Source: Octopus sinensis (taxonomy: Eukaryota). Taken from it: a stretch of DNA of 64,000 bases. Positions within the stretch are counted from its first letter, which is position 1, and every line of letters begins with the position of its first letter. The translations under genes and the position numbers were made by a program. The stretch is from contig NC_043013.1 of assembly GCF_006345805.1 (NCBI RefSeq), forward strand, positions 35,278,001 through 35,342,000, in the 5' to 3' direction. The notes beneath the pieces were generated by a model. That model did not search any database, was not told where the DNA came from, and worked only from the letters and a program-made list of their open reading frames with translations. Below are positions 1-11,610 of this stretch, one piece after another.

Positions 1-73
1 ATAATTATAATTAAGGGCATAGATTATTATGATGTATAATTATAATTAAGGGCACAGAAAAATTCTAGCCTAT

Positions 74-214
74 ATGCTGAAGATGGATGCTAAATCATCC
101 AGCAACTTTAAAAGTCATGAATTTTCCATTAGCTTGTTCCCTTGATTTGCACACGTGTATAACTTTGTGATAACTTTTAAAGTGGCTGGACAATTTAACG
201 TCTATCTTCAGCAT
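74..214. repeat. Inverted repeat (43-bp arms, about 55-bp spacer), MITE-like fold-back
   Basis: 74-116 ATGCTGAAGATGGATGCTAAATCATCCAGCAACTTTAAAAGTC matches the reverse complement of 172-214 with 7 mismatches, mostly transitions. Confidence 0.8.
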
Positions 215-215
215 T

Positions 216-408
216 CTATATTTCAGATATGAGGAATTATGTACATTATTTATATAATTTACATTATTTATATTTGATGGATATTTGTCCTCATCTTGTT
301 TGTTGTTAACACAACGTTTTGGCTGATATACCCTCCAGCCTTCAGCAGGTGTCATGGGGAAATTTCGAACCTGGGATCTCATTCCTAAGGTATTTTTTGA
401 TGTTGTTG

Positions 409-461
<53 letters not shown>

Positions 462-526
462 CTCACTGCCTGGAATCAAACTTGGAATCTTGGGGTTAGT
501 AGCCCATGCTCTTAACCACTATGCCA
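216..526 (-). mobile_element. tRNA-headed SINE (family E) with internal (TAA)n and hammerhead-like 3' module
   Basis: Minus strand starts TGGCATAGTGGTTAAGAGC (A box) ... GTTTGATTCC (B box), then (TAA)n and a body shared with the copy at 60511-61436. Confidence 0.8.
308..353 (-). ncRNA. Minimal type I hammerhead ribozyme-like motif (2 core substitutions)
   Basis: Minus strand GACAC-CTGCTGA-A-GGCTG-gagggtatat-CAGCC-AAAA-CG-TT-GTGTT, versus canonical stemI-CUGANGA-stemII-GAAA-CG-UH-stemI. Confidence 0.7.
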
Positions 527-586
527 TATGTTTTTATATGTCGGTCATTGAAAAATTTTATAAAAAATTTTATCCTTGATTATTAT

Positions 587-1035
587 ATTTATATATGTAT
601 CTCTAACTGTGGAGGGAACCAGAAGAAGAGGTAGACTCAGGAAAAAAATAGGCGAAGTTGGTGAAGTATGATCTTTAGACGTTGCGTCTGACAGAAGTGA
701 TGACAAGCGAGCGAGATCTTTGCCGATTTGGTGTGCTTGTGAAGACTCATCAAGCCTAGTGAATTGATAGTTGTGGCTAGAGTCAGTAACATATAAGAGG
801 TACTCAAGTTGGTGACACATAAAGGGCACCTGTGCCAGTGACACATAATAGGCACCCATGCCAATGACATGTGAATGATTGCTGTTAGGAAGGGTATCCA
901 GCCACAGAAACCAAGATAAACCAGACTGGAACTTGGTACAGCTCTCCAGTTTACCAGTTCCAATCAAACCATCTAACCCATACCAGCATGGAAAAATGGA
1001 CGCTAAATGATGAAGGTGATGATGATGATGATAAT
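587..1035 (+). mobile_element. 5'-truncated RTE-clade LINE 3' end (ORF terminus, 3'UTR, (GAT)n tail)
   Basis: Translates VEGTRRRGRLRKK*AKLVKYDL*TLRLTEVMTSERDLCRFGVLVKTHQ, a typical RTE C-terminus; followed by the shared AGGAAGGG.ATCCAGC 3'UTR block and GAT tail. Confidence 0.8.
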
Positions 1036-1322
1036 GTAAGTTTGTATGTATATCATTTTCTGTTTTTAATTATTTGAATTTATCCTTTGAAGAAAGAGCT
1101 GGTTTCTGAGAAAGATACAAAGTTCCATCATTGGAATGTAGATAGTGAAAGCACTATCAATGTTTTAAATTTAAGAAAAGTCTTGCAGAGTTTTACTCTT
1201 CCACTTACAGATTATTTGCAATGTGTGAATCAGTTGGTTGATTTCTTTTTCTGAAAATCCAAGATTATCCAGTTAGGAATTTTTTTTACAAAACCATATA
1301 TGTATGTATGTATGTATGTGTG

Positions 1323-1713
1323 TATACTCTTTACTTGTTTCAGTCATTTGACTGTGGCCATGCCGGAGCACCGCCTTTAGTCAAGCAAATCGAGCCCAGG
1401 ACTTATTCTTTGTAAGCCTAGTACTTATTCTATCGGACTCTTTTGCCGAACTGCTAAGTTCTGGGGATATAAACACACCAGCATCGTTTGTCATGCGATG
1501 TTGGGGTACAAACAGAGACACACAATCATACACACACATATATATATACATATATATGACGGGCTTCTTTCAGTTTCTGTCTACCAAATCCATTCACAAG
1601 GCTTTGGTCGGCCCGAGGCTATAGTAGAAGACACTTGCCCAAGTTGCCATGCAGTGGGATTGAACCTGGAACCATGTGGTTGGTAAGCAAGCTACTTACC
1701 ACACAGCCACTCT
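1323..1713 (-). mobile_element. Octopus tRNA-derived SINE family A, near full length
   Basis: Reverse complement of head GTGGCTGTGTGGTAAGTAGCTTGCTTACCAACCACATGGTTCCAGGTTCAATCCC, central TA/CA microsatellite and tail CAGTCAAATGACTGAAACAAGTAAAGAGTA; matches more than 20 copies in the window. Confidence 0.9.
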
Positions 1714-1715
1714 TA

Positions 1716-1920
1716 TGTATGTATGTTTGCATGTATGTCTGTACATATGTATGTATATTTGCATGTTTGTGTGTTTGTATGTATGTATGTATGTATGTGT
1801 GTGTGTATGTATGTATGTATGTATGTGTGTGTGTATGTATGTATGTATGTATGTGTGTGTGTATGTATGTATGTATGTATGTATGTATGTATGTTTGTAT
1901 GTATGTATGTGTGTGTGTGT
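1716..1920. repeat. (TATG)n/(TG)n microsatellite
   Basis: Directly visible. Confidence 0.95.
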
Positions 1921-3282
1921 CTTTGTGCCCCCACTGCTGTTCAGCTGGTGTTACTTTGTTTACATCCATGTAACTTAGAAGTTTGGTAAAAAGGCACCAA
2001 CAGAATAAATGCCATAATTAAAAAAAAAAAAACAAGTGCTGAGGCCAATTTGTTCGACTAACTTTACAAGACAGTGCTCCAGCATGGCTGAAATCGAATG
2101 ACTGGAAGCAGTAAAAGAGCCAAAAAATTGTGTATTCAAACTTATAAAAATGGTGTAACCTTGCAAAAACATACACATCTGTATTACAAACATGCACACG
2201 GCACTCATATAGAAGCAGTATCTTTTCCTTATTTCTTATAATTGTAGCTTGAGAAATTTCGTTGTGATGTCAGGCAAAATATAAGGAAATCTACCAATGA
2301 TATTTCATTTTGAAAGTTGTTTACACATGACAATATGTAAGAACATAACAACTCAATTAAAATCAGGAAAACCTTATTGTACCATGTAAACAGGATGAAA
2401 AAAATTGATCTTAAAATCCAGGCAGCAATAACAATTTCATGAAAGTAAACTACTCTGAGATTTATTCTTTTCTGATCTTAGTGCAAAAATTACATTTTGA
2501 AGGTTTGTGTGTGTCTGTATATTGTATTCTGCCTTTTGTAAGTATATATTTATTTTTCTTCTAGCACTTTGCTAAGACATTTTTAACCTTAAAATATCAA
2601 TGTATACCCAGATTTATAATCTACATTATTTTTTCAGATGAACGTAACCTTGTAAATAAATTTAATGTCCTTCATTTCTGCTTTTTCATATATTTGTAGC
2701 TTTTATTAAATTTTTTTTTATGTTCTATTTTCTTCATTTTTACATATTTTACTTTTTCTTCAAATGTTTGTTATTTAATTCACATTTCTTGCTGTGATGC
2801 ACCAAGTGACCTGAGCTTAATGATTTGGCATTTAGCATTAATGAATCATATCCTAATTATATATATTTTATTCTTAACCGTTTCCTTCTTTTTTATAATA
2901 CTATTTTAAACCTTTCCCTTTCCTTCCTCAAGTGATTCTGGGGGTGGGATTTTTACATGTTTTTAAACTTTGCCAATTATCATTTTCTTTATTTACTAAT
3001 TCTAATAATACCATTCTTTAATTATCTATCCATGTTTACTCTACGTTATCTTAATTTTATCTATTAGTCTTACATCAAGGAGTAATCCTCGCCATGTAAA
3101 CATATCTTTCACCCCTTTAGCTTGAATTATCTTCGTATTATTGAATTATAATAGTAAAATGGTAAGTGTTCCTAGAAGAGTGATGTTTTATACAACTTTA
3201 TTTTCATATAAAGAGGGAGAAAGTAAACATCGCAATAAAATTATTTATTTACTGCTATATTCTGACAAACAATGACTATAAA

Positions 3283-4366
3283 TATTGGATCATCCCATAA
3301 ATAATGCGTTTTTATTTATATTTCTTTTATTTTTCGAAATTCAGATAAACAAAGTTCGTTTTTAATCTAAAATACACTCTCCTTCATTTTCTACAATGCT
3401 CTTCTATCTATCTCTTAGACTTGCAAGGCCCCTCTTCCAAAATTCATTTGTCCGTGGAAAAAAATACACCTCCAGTACTGTTCTGACCTCTGCCACAGAA
3501 TTCATATTTTTTCTGTCCAAATGATTTTGAAGACTGTGGAATAAATGACAATCAGATAGGGCAATGTCCAGAGAATATGGTAGGTGGGGCATCGTTTCTC
3601 ATTCAAACTGCTCCAGCCTTTAGAATGTCATCCTTGCTGCATGTGGCCGAACATTATCATGATGGAAGAACACCTTTCATCTTGAAACCAAAGATAGTCG
3701 TTTTTCTTCTAGCACTGACTTAAGCCACTCAAGCTGCTCACGGTACATATCACTTGTTATCATTTGGTTTGGATTAAAAAATTCAAAGTGGACTAAACCC
3801 TTCATATCCCACCAAACAGTTAACAACACCTTATGTAGATGAAGACCTTCTTTAACCTGGGGTGTCCGTGTTTCTCCTTTCCCTACCCACTGTCTTCAGC
3901 ACTTGACATTTTTACAGAGAACCCATTTCTTGTCACCAGTCAATATTTGGTCCAAAGAAGATTCATTCGTGAGATGTGACAGCAAAGAAGAGCACACCTT
4001 AACTCTCTGCGTGGGATTAGATTCAGAAAGTTTGTTAGGAAACCGTTGACTCAATTTTCTAACTTTTCCAATGGCACTCAGGTGGCAATGAATGGTTGAA
4101 TGGTCATAACTGATGGACAGCCAAGCCACCGAGTCCATAACCAGGCTACTTAATACCCCACAGTGTAGCTTACTTAGGTTTAGGAAGGTACTGGCAAGGG
4201 GAACACAATTTACTGTACAATTAATAAAAATCGTTAGTCCAACCAAGCTACATCCACCCTGAGACACAATAAAAATGCTTAAAGAATAACGACTGACCCA
4301 AACTTGCAATTCCATCACTGATATTTCAGTATAACGCTGAAAACAAAATGGTGATGATCCTATGTA
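3283..4366 (-). mobile_element. Decayed mariner (DD34D) DNA transposon, pseudogenised transposase
   Basis: Motifs LDQILTGDKKW, HHDNVRPH and PHLPYSLDIALSDCHLF; 34 residues between D2 and D3; in-frame stops; degenerate TIRs at 3283-3310 and about 4333-4366. Confidence 0.9.
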
Positions 4367-4699
4367 TCTATAGATATGTCCATCATACATTTTGCTTAAT
4401 AAAACACTATTTTCTTTTCTGAAAAGCACTTCAAAAAATAATTCTGTATCTTAACACAACAGAGTCAACATCTTAGTGTTTAATTTATCTTCTCCCTTTG
4501 AAAACTAGATACACAAACATTACTCCACAATTGTGTTTTCATATACAACCTAAAATCTGGAACTATTAATGCAATATTCTTATGCTAATAAGGATGGAAA
4601 ATCAAGAGAAATGGTTAAGTGCCAGACTAAATGTACTTCAGAATTCAGCCGCGTTCTTATATTGAATCCTGTCACAGGTGATTTTACTTTTATTTTTGC

Positions 4700-4739
<40 letters not shown>

Positions 4740-5074
4740 GTATCAATGATATAAACTCCAGTAATATAGAAGAAGCAATTCACTTGACTATGCTTTGCAT
4801 TAGAAAAATTAATCTTGTGTCTAGTCAAAATAAATCAATATTATTTGGCCAGAATATATTGCAAAGGTATCTGATATTGTGGAAGATATTAATAGCTAAT
4901 CTATGCAGTATTAAGTTCAGTAGCTCACTGTTCTAGGTTCAAATCCCACTGGGGCTAACTTTGCTTGTCATCTCTTAATAAATAAGTTGTATTGCTACGT
5001 TTGACACAATAGTATATTACTGCTGTTTTCACATGAAACTGTTTATTATTTAATACTGCGTCGAGTAAAATCGT

Positions 5075-5690
5075 AGCTGTGGGTCGATGTCAGTGCCACC
5101 TGACTGGCACCTGAGCTGGTGGCACATAATAAGCACCATTCGAGCATGGGCCAATACAAGTCCCACTTGACTAGCATCTGTGCTGGTGGCGTGTAATAAG
5201 CACCATTCAAGTGTGGATTGATGCCAATGTCACCTGACTGGTACTCATGCTTGTGGCACATAATAAGCACATTCAAGCATGGATAGATGCCAGTGCCGCC
5301 TGACTGGCACCTGTGTTGGTGGCACATAATAAACACCATTTAAGAGTGGGTCGATGCCAGTGCTGCCTGACTGGCATCCATGCTGGTGGCATGCAAGAAG
5401 CACCATTCAGACATGGGTCGATGCCAGTGCTGCCTGGCTGGCTCCCCATTCTGGTGACACGTAAAAAAATCTGCTAAACATGGTCAAAGCCAGTGCCCTC
5501 CCCCAACTAGCTCCCATACCGGTGGCACATAAATAGCACCCACTACACTCTTGGAGTGGTTGGCATTAGGAAGGACATCCAGCCGTAGAAACTTTGCCAG
5601 AATAGATTGGAGCCCGGTGCAGCCTACTGGCTAGCCAGTCCCCAGTTAAGCCGTCCAACACATGCCAGCATGGAAAATGAATGTATAAAC
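5075..5690 (+). mobile_element. RTE LINE 3'UTR with about 7 copies of a ~67-bp minisatellite
   Basis: GCC.CCTGACTGGCA recurs near 5095, 5162, 5229, 5295, 5362, 5429 and 5495, followed by the shared RTE tail block. Confidence 0.8.
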
Positions 5691-6150
5691 CTGAACTTGT
5701 AATCTGGAAAGAGGAACTGTAGATTCCACAGGAGTTCACGGTAGGTATTTTCTTTTTCACTGATCTTCAGCTTCATGTTAACATCCACTGGGCAGCTGAT
5801 TCCCACATCTATACACAGTTTCTCTTCTCTATCCCAAATCATTTTATCAGGTCTGTTGTGCTTACATTTTATTGAGATCTTCACTAGGACATTCCACCAG
5901 TACTCTGTTTTATCATGAGTGGCTATGGCTTCTACCATACTGTGGGTTCTTATTTCTTTTTTCCTCGTGGTTATCCTTCCAATGGATTTCATTATAGAGT
6001 GTCCAAACTACATCATGTCTCATTGGTAGATAATACAGTGATGACATTTTCAGACAACTGCTTATGATGTGGGTGATATTTTTGGTGTTAACTCCACAAA
6101 GTCTGCATTGGTTGGCATATTTTATGTATATATGTAAATATGAACATATT
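5690..6150 (-). mobile_element. R4/Dong-type LINE fragment (CCHC knuckle plus restriction-like endonuclease)
   Basis: CRLCGVNTKNITHIISSC...RHDVV knuckle and NRPDKMIWDREEKLCIDVGISCPVD...KENTY PD-(D/E)xK motif, frameshifted. Confidence 0.85.
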
Positions 6151-6208
6151 ATAGTGGAACAATATGCCATCATATGGTTCCTGCTCAAGTCTAGGATTAA
6201 ATTATAAG

Positions 6209-6720
6209 TGCGTGAGAAGACCCGGCAGGACAAGTGAGACCATAACCCGTGGCCTCTACCTGGGATGTAGCCAGTCCACTTATGCATACCTTTCCTTCTT
6301 GGGACACAAAACTCTGCTTATGAAGACCTGTTGAGGCAAGTGAAATCGAAATCGAAATCGATAAAAAATCAATGGAAATTGTAGTTGTGATACCAGTGCC
6401 AGTGGCACATAAAAGAACCATCCAAACGTGGCCATTGCCAGTGCTGCCCTGACTGGCCTCCATGTCGGTGGCATGTAAAAAGCACCAACCAATCGTGGCC
6501 ATTGCCAGCCTTGCCTGGCACCTATGCCAGTGGCACGTAAAAAGCACCCACTACACTCATGGAATGGTTGGTGTTAGGAAGGGTATCAAGCTGTAGAAAC
6601 ACTGCCAGACCAGACTGGGCCTGGTGCAGCCTCCTGGCTTCCCAGACCCCAGTCGAACCGTCCAACCCATGCTAGCATAGCATGGAAAGCGGACATTAAA
6701 CGATGATGATGATGATGATG
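6209..6720 (+). mobile_element. RTE LINE 3' end (VREKTRQDK* plus 3'UTR and (GAT)n tail)
   Basis: Homologous to 17548-18190 and to the ORF end at 587-760. Confidence 0.85.
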
Positions 6721-7851
6721 AGGGTTTAAATTATCAACTTCTCATCCAGTTTTACTACATACTATCTACCAGGCAGTTTTAATTCTATCATAAATACACA
6801 GTGATTTTTCCCATTTGCATAAACCTAAAATTTATAGAAGTACGCAGTCATTTCAACCACCACCAAAAAAATATTAAGCATTCATTATCAATCACAGATG
6901 AATGATAGCTAAACTTAAAGTACCCATGACTTGAACTCAGACTCTCTAGAAACAAAATTAAGTACACTAGTGCATTTTACTTCAATGCTGCACTATTTCT
7001 AGTGCATGACTTTTCTATCCGGAGGATCTAAGATGACATATCTTGAAATGAAAATAGAAAGGAAAAATAATTGTGAAATATCTCAAACCTTATCTGTATG
7101 CTATTTGTTCATATGACTTCATAATATCCATGCAGTTTATCAAACCAAAAGAAACAGTAACAACAATGTTACAATATGTAAAAGAAGAAAAAAAAAAAAC
7201 AAAAAAAATCTAAAATAAATAATGAATAAATAAAATAATTATAACTAAATCTGTAAGTCAGCTATAATCCTACATGGACCAGTCTGAGGCTTGTAACCTA
7301 ATGTTATGCTCTCTTTCATAACAGAAATTTATTTGAAAATAAAACAAACAAATAAATAAATAAATAAATAAATATTTTTTAATAAATAGCTAATAAAGTC
7401 ATAAATTTACAAGCATATCTAACAAATATAACAAGTTAACATGAAACGGTGAAAAATTATTCTAAAATGTCAAATCAATTTTTTCCCCCTTTTTCTAAAT
7501 TTCATTATTACAATAATTTTTATTTTAAGCCTTTTATGGCATTAAAATCTCAATGCATTTGATATGCAACTGTAAAAAGTACTACGGCACAAACTTAATT
7601 TTGTACACTGAAGTACATTGCTTGCAAATTTGGAACAAGTTTCATTAAAAGCCTGTTTTATAGAAATTGCTAAATTGTTTATTTACTTTATATTTTCGAT
7701 TTATTAATGTATTTTTATCTCTTTTATTAATTTTTGGTCAACGCATTATTCAAAGGAATTTTACCATATAAGAACACTAGAAATTGAAATTAGAAAAAAG
7801 AGACACAGGCGGTGAAGGAAGAGGTGGAGGAAGAAGAGGAAGAGGGGAGAT

Positions 7852-7890
<39 letters not shown>

Positions 7891-8188
7891 TAGTAGGAGT
7901 GAATGAATTAAATAAATAAACATTCAAATAAATATTGACTTCTGTGGTCATTTGTTTGTTATTTAAATATTTTATTATATTTATTGTAGTTTTATTATAA
8001 TTATTATTATTATTATTATCATTGTTGATGTTGTTTGTTGTTTTATCGTTTTGAATGTATTTTATATCTTCATTCAGCTGCAAAAGTGTAGTCAAGTATA
8101 TTCTATTAGAACTTTTATTGAAATCTGTTGTCCAAATTTATTAGCCAAAATACAATTCTCTCTCTCTCTGTCTCTCTCCCAGTTTCTG

Positions 8189-8234
<46 letters not shown>

Positions 8235-8469
8235 TCTCTCTTTCTCAGTAAGTGTTCATAAGCCTACTCATGGATATACAAATCTGTAAACTCACACATA
8301 TATACATGTATGCGTGTGTTTCTGTTAGTACACACTCATAAAAGACAGATAAACACATATACATATATACACACATGCTGAAGTATATGTGAGTGTGTGC
8401 ATACATACATAAATACATACTTACATACATACATGCATACATACATACATACATACATACATACATACA

Positions 8470-8502
<33 letters not shown>

Positions 8503-8751
8503 GCGTGTGTGTGTGTGGATTAATTTAAAAATTAGTTAAATGTTTTAACATTTGACATTTGTTTTTATATTCTTCGGCTGATTCGTTTATTTACAGATTT
8601 TAGTAATGGAATTCACCAAAATACCAAAATATTTCTATCTTCTCTGCTTATCAAGAGGCAAATTAAATAACCAGAATTACATGATATGAAAATCACCCCC
8701 TCCCCAAAGGAAAATAGAAAATGTCAACTTTGGTGCAAATAATTATTACCT

Positions 8752-8985
8752 GGTCTCTTGCCTGGATTACACAAGTTTTACGATCAGAGGCTCAAGGTCC
8801 AAAATTTTTGGGGCGGAGGCCAGTCGATTAGATCGACCCCAATACACATATGATACTTAATTATCGACCCCGAAAGGATGAAAGACAAAATTGACCTCAG
8901 CAGAATTTGAACTCACAACGTAAAGGCACAAAATACAGCTAAGCATTCCACCCTGCGTGCTAACGTTTCTACTAGCTCGCCACCT
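8752..8985 (-). mobile_element. Octopus SINE family B
   Basis: Reverse complement of GGCGAGCTAGTAGAAACGTTAGCACGC...GTTCAAATTCTGCTGAGGTC...CGGGGTCGATAATTAAGTA; about 10 copies in the window. Confidence 0.85.
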
Positions 8986-9008
8986 TACTATCAGAAAGTA
9001 TTACCAAT

Positions 9009-9360
9009 AGGTGCGGGCATGGCTGTGTGTGTGTGGTAAGAAGTCGGTTTCTAAGCCTCATGGTTCCTGGTTCAGTCCTACTGCATGGCATCTTGAGCAT
9101 GTGTCATCTAACTATAGCCTTTGGCCGACCGAAGCCTTGTAAATGGATTTGCTAGATGGAAACTGAAAGAAGCCTATCTCATGTATGTATATATGTGTGT
9201 GTGTGTCTTTTTTTTTGTGTCTAAAGTTTGTCACATCAGCTCTTGACAACCGGTGTTCTTGTGTTTACATCTCGTAATTTAGCAGTTCAACAAGAGAGAC
9301 TGATAGAATAAATATCAGGCTTAAAAAATTAATGATGGCTACTGGGGTCAATTCATTCAA
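9009..9360 (+). mobile_element. SINE family A, older copy
   Basis: Head GGTGCGGGCATGGCTGTG..GGTAAGAAG and body homologous to other family A copies. Confidence 0.8.
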
Positions 9361-9440
9361 CTAATAATTTTGAGCTGAATTTCCACAAATATAAATATAT
9401 TATTTCATCTGTAACAAATATCTCCCATCCAGTAAATCAA

Positions 9441-9848
9441 TACTCTTTTACTCTTTTACTTGTTTCAGTCATTTGACTGCGGCCATGCTGGAGCACCACT
9501 TTTAGTCGAGCAAATCGACCCCGGGACTTATTCTTTGTAAGCCCAGTACTTATTCTATTGGTCTCTTTTGCCTAACTGCTAGTGATGGGGATGTAAACAC
9601 ACCACCATCGGTTGTCATGCAATGCTAGGGAGACAAACACAGACACTCAAAGACACACACACACATATATACATACATATATACGACAGGCTTTTTTCAG
9701 TTTCCGTCTACCAAATCCACTCACAAGACATTGGTCGGCCCAGGGCTATAGCAGAAGACACTTGCCCAAGATGCCACGCAGTGGGACTGAACCCGGAACC
9801 ATGTGGTTGGTTAGCAAGCTACTTACCACACAGCCACTCCTGCACCTA
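9441..9848 (-). mobile_element. SINE family A, young full-length copy
   Basis: Near-identical to 41843-42228 and 47872-48256. Confidence 0.9.
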
Positions 9849-10162
9849 ATTAATATTTATTATAATCTGTTCTTACATAATATTATATATGTGGAGAAAA
9901 GCTCGTCAGTGCTCTACCAACATGTTCAATTAGAACATAGAGGCTTGGTTAATAACATAGATGTTAAAGTACTGTTAACTCATAGAACAGACACAACACT
10001 TAGACAGGTTACAGAGGCCACACATAGTAATAGGCAGACTGAGCCTTAACAGAGAACACGAATAAAAGAATAACACCTAGAACTACCAACACTACACAAT
10101 GACAACTAAAGACAGAAAGAGGGAAGGGAGAAAGCAGATACAAACAGTATAATATATAAAGC

Positions 10163-10202
<40 letters not shown>

Positions 10203-10450
10203 TACATATGCAAACGCATGCAGAGGTTAAGGATGCACCATAGAAAGACAGAATGAACTAAACAGAACAGGAGGAGACACATGAGATGGAGAGTCACTGA
10301 AGAGGTCACAGGATGTGAGACAAAAGATTTGCAAAGGACATAAAATGAGAAAAATAATAAATCCAAAGTGTAAAACGACTATGTAGTGCATGTATTTATT
10401 TGGCAAGAAAAGATATGACCATTCCGAACTATAACAATATAACAATATAT

Positions 10451-10490
<40 letters not shown>

Positions 10491-10498
<8 letters not shown>

Positions 10499-10724
10499 GA
10501 AATGAGGTACTCAGAAATCCGGATGGTTTTATATTTACAGATATTTATTAGTATGTTACATGTTTTTATACATTTCAACCAGTTCAATTTGAAGACTCCA
10601 CTAGAATGGACGAAAGCGCTAATATATGATATATGATATATGATGTATAAAAACATGTAATATACAAATAAATATCTGTAAAAATAAAACCATCCAGATT
10701 TCTGAGTACCTCATTTTTCTAATA
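10491..10724. mobile_element. Fold-back (MITE-like) element in (TA)n, with ~83-bp arms and a hammerhead-like spacer
   Basis: 10491-10573 is the reverse complement of 10643-10724 with about 5 differences; spacer contains TTGAAGA-CTCCA-ctagaa-TGGAC-GAAA-GCGC-TA. Confidence 0.85.
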
Positions 10725-10752
10725 TGTAATACCTGTATATCATCTCAAAACC

Positions 10753-10794
<42 letters not shown>

Positions 10795-10826
10795 CACACC
10801 AAAGACTATAGTAGATGACACATGCT

Positions 10827-10880
<54 letters not shown>

Positions 10881-11349
10881 CACATACTATATATATATAT
10901 ATATTGATCAGAGTTGCTCAGATAGCTATACAATACTGGGAAATCCTATGAATTCATTTAAGCTTCACCCAATATTTGTGGATTATTTTACATTTCAATG
11001 TGAATGCTAATTTAGTAAATAAAGTTTCTAAACCATGAACCAAACAACAGCCTTATTAATGATAGCTTCTTACAACCAGTTCTATAAAGCGAAGAATTGT
11101 AATTAATTGAATCAAACTTAATATGCATTTATGTTAATGGCACCAAAGGCAAAGTAAATACTCACCATATTTGAATACAGTAAAATGAAGCTTCAAGCTA
11201 TATACAATATAGCCAGTGCATTGAACCAATGAAGCAGGCTTTATTTGGTCACATTCCTTGCTAGAAATAGCAGCCAGATCTCTCTTCATTTAGACACCAT
11301 CATGTTAAGTAGGAAAGTCACAGGCTTTATTGTAGCCAATCTCTGCCAA

Positions 11350-11610
11350 AGATCTCAGCATCACCGTCAAAATACAAGACCAGATTCTGCAACAGCTTAG
11401 GTTTCAAGAGCCCACAGCTCTTCAATATCCTTCCAAAATGCATGAGAGACCTGCATGGTGTGAATGTGTCTTTAAAACAAAACTGGATCTCCTCTTGACA
11501 AGGTTTCAGATGAGCCTACTTTGAGATGATCCAGAAACTGAGATGAGGGCAGCAGCATCAAATTCCCTCATTCGTAAAATGCCATATATCAGAGGAGGTT
11601 TCAAAATAAT
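11350..11610 (+). mobile_element. CR1/L2-superfamily LINE C-terminal fragment
   Basis: Translates with frameshifts as FCNSLGFKSPQLFNILPKCMRDLHGVN..FKTKLDLLL..DEPTL..RAAASNSLI, a known C-terminal pattern of invertebrate CR1-group RTs. Confidence 0.65.

Noticed and set aside
74-214. Hammerhead in each arm of the inverted repeat (CTGAAGA plus 6-bp hairpin)
   Set aside because: Both arms have GC(A/C)AC where GAAAC is required, so the ancestral state likely lacked the core; no stem I
469-526. tRNA gene (also 26124, 49199, 61378 and all SINE A/B heads)
   Set aside because: A/B boxes are present but acceptor stems are incomplete and they continue into SINE bodies
3070-3135. Minus-strand KDMFTWRGLLLD resembling the GH20 hexosaminidase motif
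   Set aside because: Lacks the upstream D.PRF context, has a poor acceptor and no downstream exons
5075-5540. CRISPR-like periodic array
   Set aside because: Whole units are homologous with no unique spacers, it lies in a LINE 3'UTR, the DNA is eukaryotic and there are no cas genes; the same applies to 21269-21813
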